This document shows positions 1 to 8,557 of a DNA stretch of 64,000 bases, piece after piece (positions within the stretch are counted from its first letter, which is position 1; every line of letters begins with the position of its first letter). The notes beneath the pieces are model-generated. The model did not search any database and was not told the DNA's origin. It saw only the letters and a list, made by a program, of their open reading frames with translations. A program made the position numbers and the translations under genes. Location: IMG/VR virus record IMGVR_UViG_3300043409_000928, positions 62,001-126,000 of that record; one strand, written 5' to 3'.

Positions 1-1278
1 CTCATATACATCTGATGCTTTACTTGCAGTTGTTGTACTATCGCCATCCATGTCAGTAATACGCAAGGTATCTGGATTAAAACTTAATTCAATTTTCTGT
101 CCAACTGAACCAGAACTACGAGTTTTCATAAACTGCAATTGTACCATGCAACGCTCACGCATTGTGGGTGTGCTGTAAATACCAAACACATTGTCAGCAG
201 TTTGAATCTTACTCAAGCCACCTGCAATCATACTGTGGTCAAACTCCACACTTTCAACTGCACTACGATTTAATTGACTGGCAGTTGCCAATAACAACTG
301 TTCACCAACAACCAAGTTTCGCAATTCTTCTGCAACAAGTTTATCCTTGACAAACATGTCACTGACGCTGATCTTTTGTCCTGCTGGCATCATCAAGTCA
401 AGATAATCAACTAAAATTGCATCAACTTTGATCTTGCGCTGAGTCTGAAATTCTCTAATCCATGCTAACAAATCGTTTGGGGTTACGCCATTTGTCAACT
501 GCACAATTTGTAGTATGCCTGCTTTCTTACCTGCCATACGCACTTTAAGATCCACATGTTCTAATTTCTTAAACACTTCTCGAGTGGGAGTATCCGACAG
601 CATTGCATCCATACGCATTGCACACAGTCCCTCACTGAGTTCTAAACTAAAGTAAACTGTATTCAAACCTGTCATTGCCCAGTTGAGTCCTAGGTTTTGC
701 AAAAACAAACTCTTGCCTGCACCCGAGGCACCTGCAAAAATGTTTAACTCGCCTTTGTTAAAGCCACCATATAGCTTGTCATCAAGACTTTTCCATCCGG
801 TACTCAACTGTCCATTATTATCTTTGAGTGCTGTTAACCTGCCCTGTGGATCAGCAAAGTAATCTGTGCCGAATGTCTTTGGTAACCCTACTTGTACTGC
901 GTCCTTAATTAATTTTTCAACAGCACCATACTGACTTTTATCCAGTAGGTCTGCACTTTTTAAAATTGCCTGTTCCAATGCTTTGTGTCTAGCAAACCCT
1001 TCAAACTCATCAAGGAACCAAGTTGCATGATCCACTGCTGTTTGTCCAGCATCTGTTAACTCTACGCCTGTGATTGCTTTAACTTGTGTTATGTCTGGAA
1101 TGTTACCATGTTCATTTACATAGTTCTTAATAAACTCTGCCGCGGCACGGAGCCTACGATCAAAATGATCTGGATCCAATACATTCTGACAGCGAGCGGC
1201 CAGATCCCTGTTGGAGATTAAAAAGTTCAGAAACAGCTTTTGGGTTTCGTGGTTATATTCTTTTATATCATCTGCCAT
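1..1278 (-). CDS. gp41: Replicative DnaB/gp41-like helicase, 3' end outside the window
   Basis: Translated by hand because the ORF track omits it. ATG at 1278 (TGATG overlap with the upstream ORF), MADDIKEYNHETQKLF..., Walker A FAGASGAGKS, SLELSE, ILVDYLDL, ASQLNR. Open to base 1. Confidence 0.92.
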   Translation of the reverse strand, partial: MADDIKEYNHETQKLFLNFLISNRDLAARCQNVLDPDHFDRRLRAAAEFIKNYVNEHGNIPDITQVKAITGVELTDAGQTAVDHATWFLDEFEGFARHKALEQAILKSADLLDKSQYGAVEKLIKDAVQVGLPKTFGTDYFADPQGRLTALKDNNGQLSTGWKSLDDKLYGGFNKGELNIFAGASGAGKSLFLQNLGLNWAMTGLNTVYFSLELSEGLCAMRMDAMLSDTPTREVFKKLEHVDLKVRMAGKKAGILQIVQLTNGVTPNDLLAWIREFQTQRKIKVDAILVDYLDLMMPAGQKISVSDMFVKDKLVAEELRNLVVGEQLLLATASQLNRSAVESVEFDHSMIAGGLSKIQTADNVFGIYSTPTMRERCMVQLQFMKTRSSGSVGQKIELSFNPDTLRITDMDGDSTTTASKASDVYE

Positions 1279-1475
1279 CAATTATTCCCCCATCGCAATG
1301 CAGTTATTGCGGCATCATCTCTATTGTTAAAATCAAATATCATATAGTTTTCGTTTAGTTCTGTTTTATACTTGCCACCTGGAAGACCAAATTCTTCTAT
1401 CACCCAGGCACATACATGGTTCCACCACTCTGTGGTATCCTGGCCTATTTTCCAACTTAGTTTGACTTTATACAC
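1278..1475 (-). CDS. Hypothetical protein, 65 aa
   Basis: Overlaps both primase and helicase, suggesting translational coupling. No motif recognised. Confidence 0.6.
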   Translation of the reverse strand: MYKVKLSWKIGQDTTEWWNHVCAWVIEEFGLPGGKYKTELNENYMIFDFNNRDDAAITALRWGNN

Positions 1476-2436
1476 ACCACCGCCTACATAGTAATTTAAT
1501 CTTCAATGGTGAGCTCTCAATCGCCGATAACACACTTTGTAGCACAGCAATCCTTCCAAACTTCTGTGCGGCCTCATTTGCATCTTTAATACCATCTGGC
1601 CATTCTGGAAAACTAACACTCCATCCCAACTCTGCCGCTTGCATTGCAAGTACTAAACCAGCTTTGTCTCTATCAGGCAATACCACTGGCTCATTGTCAA
1701 TGTCTTCAATAATTTTTGCTTGCTCTGGGCTAATTGTGTTGGTCATAATAGCAACACCATCCAGTGTCAATGCATCATACTCGCCTTCAGTTACAATTGT
1801 GTATTTGCGACTATGACTTTGATGATCCAAATTGAATACAAAACTTGGAGGACGACTTGTGACCATCTTTGCAGTTTTCTTGTCCGGTACGTCACCTATC
1901 CAGCGGGCACTATATCCTACAATTTTACCATCACTTATATAAGGTAGTATAACACGATTATCCATGCCTTGTACAGGACTTGCACTAGTGTACCAATCGC
2001 TGAGTTCGATTATGCCTCTGCTGTCTAGATATTCGGCAGCTTCTAAATTTAATTCTCTAACAGTCCATGGCCATTGTATTTCTAGCCAATCTGGCTTTTT
2101 GTAGGCTTCATCTATGACTGTATTGTCTTCTGCAACCTGATCCCATAGTTGTATTTTTAATCTTTGTATTTCACCTTCGTCAATGCCCAGTACTCGCATT
2201 AACTTGATTAGTTTAAAGCCTAATCGCTGACCTGGTCTCCATCCTGTTGTGTAACTGCAATTAAAACAATGATAACCTACACGCTCTTGTTCAAATTTTA
2301 AACCACCACGCTTTTTAGTATCTGGTCTGGATTGGCCATTCTGAATACACATCGGGCAGTTCATTGTCAACCAACCGTTTGATGTTGTTTTTAATGCAGG
2401 TAAGTGCGACCTAAGTGTGTTTTCAACTAGACTCAT
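1468..2436 (-). CDS. gp61: DNA primase, gp61-like
   Basis: Zn ribbon CPMC...HCFNC, TOPRIM motifs VTEGEYD and PDRD, located next to the helicase. Confidence 0.9.
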   Translation of the reverse strand: MSLVENTLRSHLPALKTTSNGWLTMNCPMCIQNGQSRPDTKKRGGLKFEQERVGYHCFNCSYTTGWRPGQRLGFKLIKLMRVLGIDEGEIQRLKIQLWDQVAEDNTVIDEAYKKPDWLEIQWPWTVRELNLEAAEYLDSRGIIELSDWYTSASPVQGMDNRVILPYISDGKIVGYSARWIGDVPDKKTAKMVTSRPPSFVFNLDHQSHSRKYTIVTEGEYDALTLDGVAIMTNTISPEQAKIIEDIDNEPVVLPDRDKAGLVLAMQAAELGWSVSFPEWPDGIKDANEAAQKFGRIAVLQSVLSAIESSPLKIKLLCRRWCV

Positions 2437-2448
2437 ATAGAGTTTAGT

Positions 2449-3249
2449 TTACACTCTTATTAGAACTTTGTCAAGGGTGCCTGCGTTCGATTGGCTGTCG
2501 AGTCTTGCCACTCGTAACCAACGCACACCAGCATAATAGTTGTATGGATCTATACCAGTGAAACCAGCTAGGTCTAATTTAGCGGTGGTATAATCCTGTG
2601 GCTTCAGATCTGCCCATAATGTAGATCCAACTACCACATCGTCCAAGGTACCTTGTATAATTATACGACCAGTATAATTTGAAGCATAAATTGCCATCGA
2701 AAACAAACTGGTATCTTTTCTGTAAAACTGTGGCCCGTTGAATGCGCTAGATATCAAAATATTATTACCAGTATTGGTCCAAGTTGTTATTTCTGCACTT
2801 GAACGGCTGGTTGGTATAACTTCATCTTTGACTTCAATATCAAAGCCGGCTTGCATTGCTCTATTCCAAGTTAATGCTGTTTCTAAACCATCACCATCTA
2901 CAAAGGTAGCACCTAATTTATAAATGCCACTTGGCAATGTCATCAGGTCCCTGGGTTGTACTACTAGACGAGCTTGTCCGTTTTCTGCAACAGTGGGAAT
3001 TGATCGTCTACGGAAAATAGTAGTTCCTGTGTCACGATTCCACATTGTGATTGTTAGCTCTCTACGAAGCAAACTAACTGGTCTACGGTCGCTTCCAGTT
3101 ACGGTAATGTCTAATATATTGTCTACTCCTTTAAACCAAACAATCCGTTGATCGGTATAACCGGGTGCATGTCTTGTTGTGCTTGGACCCGTGCCTGCAC
3201 CGGCGTAGTTTAGGGTAGCTGAAGGGATAGATGAGTTAAGTGTCGCCAT
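2449..3249 (-). CDS. Hypothetical late (probably virion) beta-rich protein, 266 aa
   Basis: Start moved from 3411 to the ATG at 3249 (MATLNSS), 5 nt after TAAATA. Beta-strand-like composition. Confidence 0.65.
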   Translation of the reverse strand: MATLNSSIPSATLNYAGAGTGPSTTRHAPGYTDQRIVWFKGVDNILDITVTGSDRRPVSLLRRELTITMWNRDTGTTIFRRRSIPTVAENGQARLVVQPRDLMTLPSGIYKLGATFVDGDGLETALTWNRAMQAGFDIEVKDEVIPTSRSSAEITTWTNTGNNILISSAFNGPQFYRKDTSLFSMAIYASNYTGRIIIQGTLDDVVVGSTLWADLKPQDYTTAKLDLAGFTGIDPYNYYAGVRWLRVARLDSQSNAGTLDKVLIRV

Positions 3250-3295
3250 AACAGTATTTAGCAACGACCGGATCTTTAAAATGCTAAGTAAAGCA

Positions 3296-3673
3296 ATGAT
3301 GGATAGTAAAATCAAAGAATTTTTAGAGCGTTTCCCGTTTATGAGCTTGGTTCGGTACGGCGAAACCGAATTGGTAGGTATTATACAAAATAGTGACCAA
3401 ACAGTGGTCACTATGTATGTCTACAACTTATTAAAAGACGGTGACGATAAAACATTATTCATTGAATGTGGAGAAGAATGGTGGTGGGGCAGTAATAGAC
3501 TAATTCCCATCAACATTGTACTAAAGGCACCCATGCGTACATTCTTGTATGCATTAAAAACATACAGTTCAAAAGATTTTGAAGTTCTGCATGGGAACTT
3601 AACCAGCCTTACCAATGTCATTACTAAACGTACAAAAAGACGTCAAATTAGCCTTATAAGAAAGCTAGATTAA
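3296..3673 (+). CDS. Hypothetical late protein, 125 aa
   Basis: ATG at 3296 (MMDSKIKE) lies 5 nt after TAAGTA. Divergent from the 3249 gene. Confidence 0.65.
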   Translation: MMDSKIKEFLERFPFMSLVRYGETELVGIIQNSDQTVVTMYVYNLLKDGDDKTLFIECGEEWWWGSNRLIPINIVLKAPMRTFLYALKTYSSKDFEVLHGNLTSLTNVITKRTKRRQISLIRKLD

Positions 3674-4539
3674 TTTAAGTTTAAGTAGTCACTGGTACTA
3701 TTGTTATCAACCCACAGGTGCTGTGTATCTTTGTATTTTGCAATACTTCTATCTAACAGATCGACATATTGATTTACCTGGTGATTAGTAATTAATTTAC
3801 CTCTCCAAATAAACAATACTTTCATCCCTTTGGCACTCATGAGACTTCTGTGTTTGGTTCTTAAGTTATTCCAAGCAAATGAATTTGTTTCAGCAAGTTG
3901 TGGTATAGCAATGTACTTGTTTGTGTGTTGCTTAATTGGATCTGTTAACAAGTAAAGAGTTTCGCTGGCATTGTTGTCAAATAATTTAACTCGCATTGAC
4001 AATGGTGCATCAATTAGACTAGTACGGTCGCGATGTGGTATTATATCAGCGGCACTGGACCACATGTTCCATGCAAAATCTTTATCACCTACCCAAGGCA
4101 TGTAGTCGTGTATTTGCTCAAAAATTTCAGGGAATTCGGTGTAGGTTTTCTCCAATGCATTTAAAGACCAAATTGGATTCCATCCTGGCGTTACGCTGTC
4201 TATGCTCCTATAAGTTCGATCTGTTTCCGCAACTGTGGCGCTGGCAAAATCAGCCTGAGCCTTGCTTGCATGTTGTGCATTGTTATTAAAATAAAGAATA
4301 AATTTTTCAATGTCATTGATTTTAATACTAGGAATATTGTATGGAACAAACAAGTACTTGCCATATGTTTGTTCAAGCTTGGAGTGAAGGCCAATGACTT
4401 CGGGTAGTAAGCTCAACTCGTGTTTACGAAGCTTGGTTAAATTTTCCTTGGTCTCGGTTACAGCGCCACCTACTTTACGTTCTACGTTTTGTTCGGTGTA
4501 CACTGTTTGATTATCATTGCTCCTGATCATACTTGTCAA
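3670..4539 (-). CDS. Hypothetical protein, possible cupin/2OG-Fe(II) oxygenase fold
   Basis: 289 aa, ATGA overlap with the mini-DnaE stop. HxD (IIPHRD) and a distal His (WNNLRTKHRS). Confidence 0.5.
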   Translation of the reverse strand: MTSMIRSNDNQTVYTEQNVERKVGGAVTETKENLTKLRKHELSLLPEVIGLHSKLEQTYGKYLFVPYNIPSIKINDIEKFILYFNNNAQHASKAQADFASATVAETDRTYRSIDSVTPGWNPIWSLNALEKTYTEFPEIFEQIHDYMPWVGDKDFAWNMWSSAADIIPHRDRTSLIDAPLSMRVKLFDNNASETLYLLTDPIKQHTNKYIAIPQLAETNSFAWNNLRTKHRSLMSAKGMKVLFIWRGKLITNHQVNQYVDLLDRSIAKYKDTQHLWVDNNSTSDYLNLN

Positions 4540-5120
4540 GTATACCCATAACTGATTTGTTCACAAATTAAATTCATTTGTGCAACAATGGCAACTGCAT
4601 ACGCAGTGGCGTGACTTTTCTTAAAGAAGTATTCATCGTTCTTGGGCTTCGTCCAAACTTCGTTCATAATCGTCGTCCATGGCTTCCCAATCAGATAGCG
4701 TTTCGCGGGACGGATCATTGCTAGGACCGCAGATAATTGTTCCACTGAAGTCGGCTGGGTCCTCCGGAGAATATCGCCATGCCCGTTCAAATGAAATAAC
4801 AGATTTACAAAGTCGTTGTCTTGTAATAGATCCCATAATGGCTCCTGGTTGGCTAGTTGATCCAAATGTTCTTTGCTTTTTACCTTTTGGTACAAGCTTA
4901 CATTCAATAAGTCTACTTTAAAAAATCCTAGTTCTTCTGCTTTTTTATAATCAACATCGCACCATCCGGTAAATGGATTGGCTGGTACTGGATGAAAGTA
5001 CACTCCAGTTTTATGCTTTTGCTGTTGATTATTGGCAATCTGCATTGCTGGCGTGTGTGGCAATAGATTAAGAATTGCTTCTCTATTGGCAAAGTCAATG
5101 TCTACGTCGGGATGATTCAC
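4536..5120 (-). CDS. Miniature DNA polymerase III alpha (DnaE)-like protein, 194 aa
   Basis: DnaE motifs in the correct order: PDVDIDF, KHKTGVYF, FFKVDLLNV, QPTSVEQLSAVLAMIRP, YFFKKSHATAYA. Confidence 0.85.
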   Translation of the reverse strand: MNHPDVDIDFANREAILNLLPHTPAMQIANNQQQKHKTGVYFHPVPANPFTGWCDVDYKKAEELGFFKVDLLNVSLYQKVKSKEHLDQLANQEPLWDLLQDNDFVNLLFHLNGHGDILRRTQPTSVEQLSAVLAMIRPAKRYLIGKPWTTIMNEVWTKPKNDEYFFKKSHATAYAVAIVAQMNLICEQISYGYT

Positions 5121-5320
5121 TTTTTAAGTTTCTCTTTAAACATAGTAGTCAGCTGACTCTGTTGTGTTTTAATTTGATTCATTTCTGCATAGAGCATGTC
5201 AAGCTTTTTTATAAATTCAAGCAATCGCAGTTCTAGAGATTCGTATCTAGCGCCTGCATCATCATTGTGTTGATCCACAGTACTTCGTTCGGTTCTTTTT
5301 TTAATTTCTTTATCCACCAT
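5117..5320 (-). CDS. Small coiled-coil hypothetical protein, start uncertain
   Basis: Fills the gap up to the mini-DnaE (GTGA overlap) but overlaps the upstream gene by 88 bp. Confidence 0.4.
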   Translation of the reverse strand: MVDKEIKKRTERSTVDQHNDDAGARYESLELRLLEFIKKLDMLYAEMNQIKTQQSQLTTMFKEKLKK

Positions 5321-5925
5321 TCAGTTTCCACATGTTTTGCTACCGTATCAATTTGAGCTGGTTCCATTCTATCTAATAGATTCTGTGCCGCTTCAGTGGA
5401 GTAAATGATCCATGGACTTAATCTGCCCATAACTACCATATTCATTCCTGTTGCAGGCGGAATCTTATTAAAGAAATCTCTCCAATTGTTTCCGGTTTTC
5501 TCACCCCACTCGCGCATAGTGAGAATTGTTCTTTCAAGTGCTCTATCTGCCGTTTCTTTTTTTGCGGCTTCCTGAACATACAACTGATAAGTGCCGGGCT
5601 TTTGCCAATCACTTAATTTCACTCCCATTTTAAAAAGCCAGTTAATAAACTTGTCACTTTCGTATGGGCGAAGTTCTATCAAATAGTTAGCAAATTTTAT
5701 AAATGCAATGTAATCAAAACTCCTTATAAAATCATCAACTGTCTTTGTTTTTTTAGCGTTTGGACTAACATAGCTAATAAAGTCTGTCCACACTCTAAAA
5801 CCAATTCTGCTGTCTATGTCATCCTTGTTCATCCACCGCCTTTTCTTTTCACACATGTGGTTACTAAGTGTACTTTCGCGGCTAAAGGACTTTAAACAAA
5901 ATTTACATTGATGTTGTTGTGACAT
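5233..5925 (-). CDS. Hypothetical protein with N-terminal zinc finger
   Basis: CKFCLKSFSRESTLSNHMC fits C-x2-C-x3-F-x5-L-x2-H-x-C. Confidence 0.75.
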   Translation of the reverse strand: MSQQHQCKFCLKSFSRESTLSNHMCEKKRRWMNKDDIDSRIGFRVWTDFISYVSPNAKKTKTVDDFIRSFDYIAFIKFANYLIELRPYESDKFINWLFKMGVKLSDWQKPGTYQLYVQEAAKKETADRALERTILTMREWGEKTGNNWRDFFNKIPPATGMNMVVMGRLSPWIIYSTEAAQNLLDRMEPAQIDTVAKHVETEWWIKKLKKEPNEVLWINTMMMQALDTNL

Positions 5926-6420
5926 TTATTTAAACAATTCTTTAAATTCTTTATTACCCATGTTTTGTGAAGTTGCTATTTCAGCTAATACTTCTGGGCC
6001 ATTTATTTCTCGGAACAGTTCAATTTCATCATTGCTCATTGCTGGAAACTTCTCAATGAGCCATGCTGTTAGCTTGTCTTTCTTTGCACCGCCAATTGGT
6101 GGAATAAATTCATGTCTAAGTTTAACGCCCAGTCCAACCAGTGCCAGGGCCTTCCATCGAAGTTCTTCATGTTCACTTGTGGTGGCAATGTAATCAATGT
6201 TGCTGTAGTTGTTTACATCTATTAGATACTGTTCCTGTACATCTCTAGTACCTTGTACTTGACTGGCCCAACGCTGTGCCATAAAAGTGTTTACCCCTTT
6301 TTTATCCTCATCAGATAACTTTGTGTAATAATCACCTTTACGCAGATCCACTGCCGCCATCAATTGGTCAATGGGAACTTTGTATACAGCAGATGCTGGT
6401 GCTTTCTTTTTGGTAGCCAT
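5926..6420 (-). CDS. Probable clamp-loader small subunit, gp62-like
   Basis: YYTKLSDEDKKGVNTFMAQRWAS resembles the gp62 family. Size and replication-operon context fit. Confidence 0.5.
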   Translation of the reverse strand: MATKKKAPASAVYKVPIDQLMAAVDLRKGDYYTKLSDEDKKGVNTFMAQRWASQVQGTRDVQEQYLIDVNNYSNIDYIATTSEHEELRWKALALVGLGVKLRHEFIPPIGGAKKDKLTAWLIEKFPAMSNDEIELFREINGPEVLAEIATSQNMGNKEFKELFK

Positions 6421-6429
6421 ACTGTTATT

Positions 6430-6936
6430 TTAAAACCAAATCTTGTTTAAGTCAAGCACTTCTGGAATTTTATTTGTTTCTTTTAAAAAGAAAGCACAAA
6501 CTGGTTCTTTTTTATGTTCTAAAGGAACTGCCAACACATGCCCAAACTTTAGCTTGGGCACATACCATTTTACTTCTTGGTAGATGTTGACTATTTCAAC
6601 CTTCATCCATTCGGGCTTGTAGCCGTTGATGGGATTAAAGACAAACGTGCTGAACCCACGGTCATTTAAACTCATTACATTGATAACTTCTGGCTCTCCG
6701 TGATCGGGTTCTCCAATAATCAGTGACCAATCTAATGGCACTTTGAGTTCATGACTTCCTATACGCAATACTGCCGCAGGACAACTGAAGCTTTCTAAGA
6801 AAACAAGTGGTACAAACATATAGTCAACATCAGCAGGATTGCTGTAGTCAAGTACCCCGTAGCGCAAGTCTTCATCAATTTCTTCTGGTAAACGATCTAA
6901 ATCGTATGACAGATTATCAACTGTTAATATTCTCAT
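6430..6936 (-). CDS. Hypothetical protein, possibly a degenerate Hint-like beta fold
   Basis: 168 aa, coupled to uvsW. Fold guess from the hydrophobic pattern only. Confidence 0.6.
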   Translation of the reverse strand: MRILTVDNLSYDLDRLPEEIDEDLRYGVLDYSNPADVDYMFVPLVFLESFSCPAAVLRIGSHELKVPLDWSLIIGEPDHGEPEVINVMSLNDRGFSTFVFNPINGYKPEWMKVEIVNIYQEVKWYVPKLKFGHVLAVPLEHKKEPVCAFFLKETNKIPEVLDLNKIWF

Positions 6937-8390
6937 TTATAAATTACCTTTTCAGTTTGATATGGATAGTTTGCTTCTTCATAAAATTTCTTGCGCTTGG
7001 CCAAGTGTCTTTTGGCAAACTTTGCTGTGCTTGTTATGTCCCATATCTGGACAAAGTCTTTGTCTTCTGCTTTTCTAATACCTCGGCCAATGCTCTGTAT
7101 AACCCTGACAAAACTCTTTCCAGGCTCCACTAGAACCAAGTTAAAGATCCTAGGTATATTAATACCCACAGAGGCCACACCATACGTGGCCACAATGATT
7201 TTATTTGTTGCAAGAGTAACTTCATCATACTCTTCTTTTCTATCCTTTGATTTCATGGACCCTGATACAAATACGCTTTCTGGTAAACGCTCAACCAGCA
7301 TCTTACCCGAAGCAATACGATCGACCAATACCAAAGTATTTCCACTTTGACTAATTGCATCAATGGTCTTGGCCAGTTCATCAATCCTGCGTTCATTGCT
7401 GGTCAGATATGTTAATTCTTCTTGATATGTTTTGTATTCAACTTTATCATCAAATTGCAATACCTTTACATGGCAGTTACTCAATACACCAATGTCCTGT
7501 AGTTCACTGGCCTGTAATCTATGTAGGACATTGCCCAATGATGCTGTTAGACTGATATATTCATGTTCTTCTTTGGGTATGGTACCTGTTAACCCCCAAC
7601 GAATTGGAACATTTGCAAACGGGCCCGTCAACATTGTTTTAAGTACATCAGCCTTGGCCATGTGTACTTCGTCAACAATTACTGCAATCAGGTCATCCGT
7701 AATTGCTTCAATGCCAATTGCACTGGTTCCTTCTTTGCTTCGTTTGATTAAGGAGTTGATACTTTGCCATGTTGCAATGGTATGTGTATGCCCAAGATCT
7801 TTCTCGTCACCAAAGTATACACCAACATCTAATCCCATGTTGACATAGTCTGCATGTGTCTGCCGCACTAGATCCTTGTTGGGTACAATAACAACTGTGC
7901 GGCCATACGGTTCACACGTAAGACTCATGGCCGCTGTCATTAATGTCTTGCCAGCACCTGTTGCAATCTCTTGAACACCATGCGGATTAGCAAGGAAGCG
8001 ATTGATACACTCTACTTGGTAATCGCGAATCTTAATAGGCTGGCCTTCTGCTACGTGTCCTTTGGGCCAAAGTATGTGACTAAAGGTGTCCTCGGTAACT
8101 TCAGCAAAATTGAAATTGTGCGCGGTCCGCTTGTCTTCAATTTCAATTTGCCAACCTTCCTCATCTATAATGGGCAATACTCGTTCTAATAGATTTAGAT
8201 AGGTCGACCCTGCGGTGGTAAAGAAGCTGATCTTACCATCCCATCTTCCTAGCCTAAAGGCCGGCACATGATAAGCATATGGTAATTGATATTTTAGTTT
8301 GGCTTCGCATCGTCTGCGTGTTGAAGCATCTAAGTCGTGAAACTTGACATTTACTTCATCTTTGATTTCTAATCGGCATATTCCAGGCAT
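6933..8390 (-). CDS. uvsW: UvsW-like SF2 DNA helicase
   Basis: IRDYQ, ATGAGKT, DEVH, LTGT, QSIGRGIR. Confidence 0.92.
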   Translation of the reverse strand: MPGICRLEIKDEVNVKFHDLDASTRRRCEAKLKYQLPYAYHVPAFRLGRWDGKISFFTTAGSTYLNLLERVLPIIDEEGWQIEIEDKRTAHNFNFAEVTEDTFSHILWPKGHVAEGQPIKIRDYQVECINRFLANPHGVQEIATGAGKTLMTAAMSLTCEPYGRTVVIVPNKDLVRQTHADYVNMGLDVGVYFGDEKDLGHTHTIATWQSINSLIKRSKEGTSAIGIEAITDDLIAVIVDEVHMAKADVLKTMLTGPFANVPIRWGLTGTIPKEEHEYISLTASLGNVLHRLQASELQDIGVLSNCHVKVLQFDDKVEYKTYQEELTYLTSNERRIDELAKTIDAISQSGNTLVLVDRIASGKMLVERLPESVFVSGSMKSKDRKEEYDEVTLATNKIIVATYGVASVGINIPRIFNLVLVEPGKSFVRVIQSIGRGIRKAEDKDFVQIWDITSTAKFAKRHLAKRKKFYEEANYPYQTEKVIYK

Positions 8391-8395
8391 AAAGT

Positions 8396-8424
8396 ATTAT
8401 AACAGGTGTAAGGGGTAATGTCTA
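8396..8424 (-). promoter_or_regulatory. sigma70 promoter of uvsW, leaderless
   Basis: TAGACA-17-TATAAT with TGn extension. ATG follows the -10 after 5 nt. Confidence 0.8.
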
Positions 8425-8469
8425 TTCGTATGTTACCGTTATGGCAATACATGTATCAATGAGGCTAGA

Positions 8470-8475
8470 TACTTA
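8470..8475 (-). promoter_or_regulatory. Late promoter motif TAAGTA upstream of uvsW
   Basis: Intergenic match to the recurring TAA(A/G)TA motif. Confidence 0.5.
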
Positions 8476-8515
8476 GTGCAAAATCACTGGTTTTAAAAAG
8501 CAATTTGTCCATAAT

Positions 8516-8542
8516 CAAAAGAAAAGGCTCCGTAGAGCCTTC
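8516..8542 (-). terminator. Rho-independent terminator of the DUF4214 gene
   Basis: AAGGCTC-4 nt-GAGCCTT followed by TTCTTTT on the minus strand. Confidence 0.8.
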
Positions 8543-8557
8543 CTTAAATCGAGTAGA

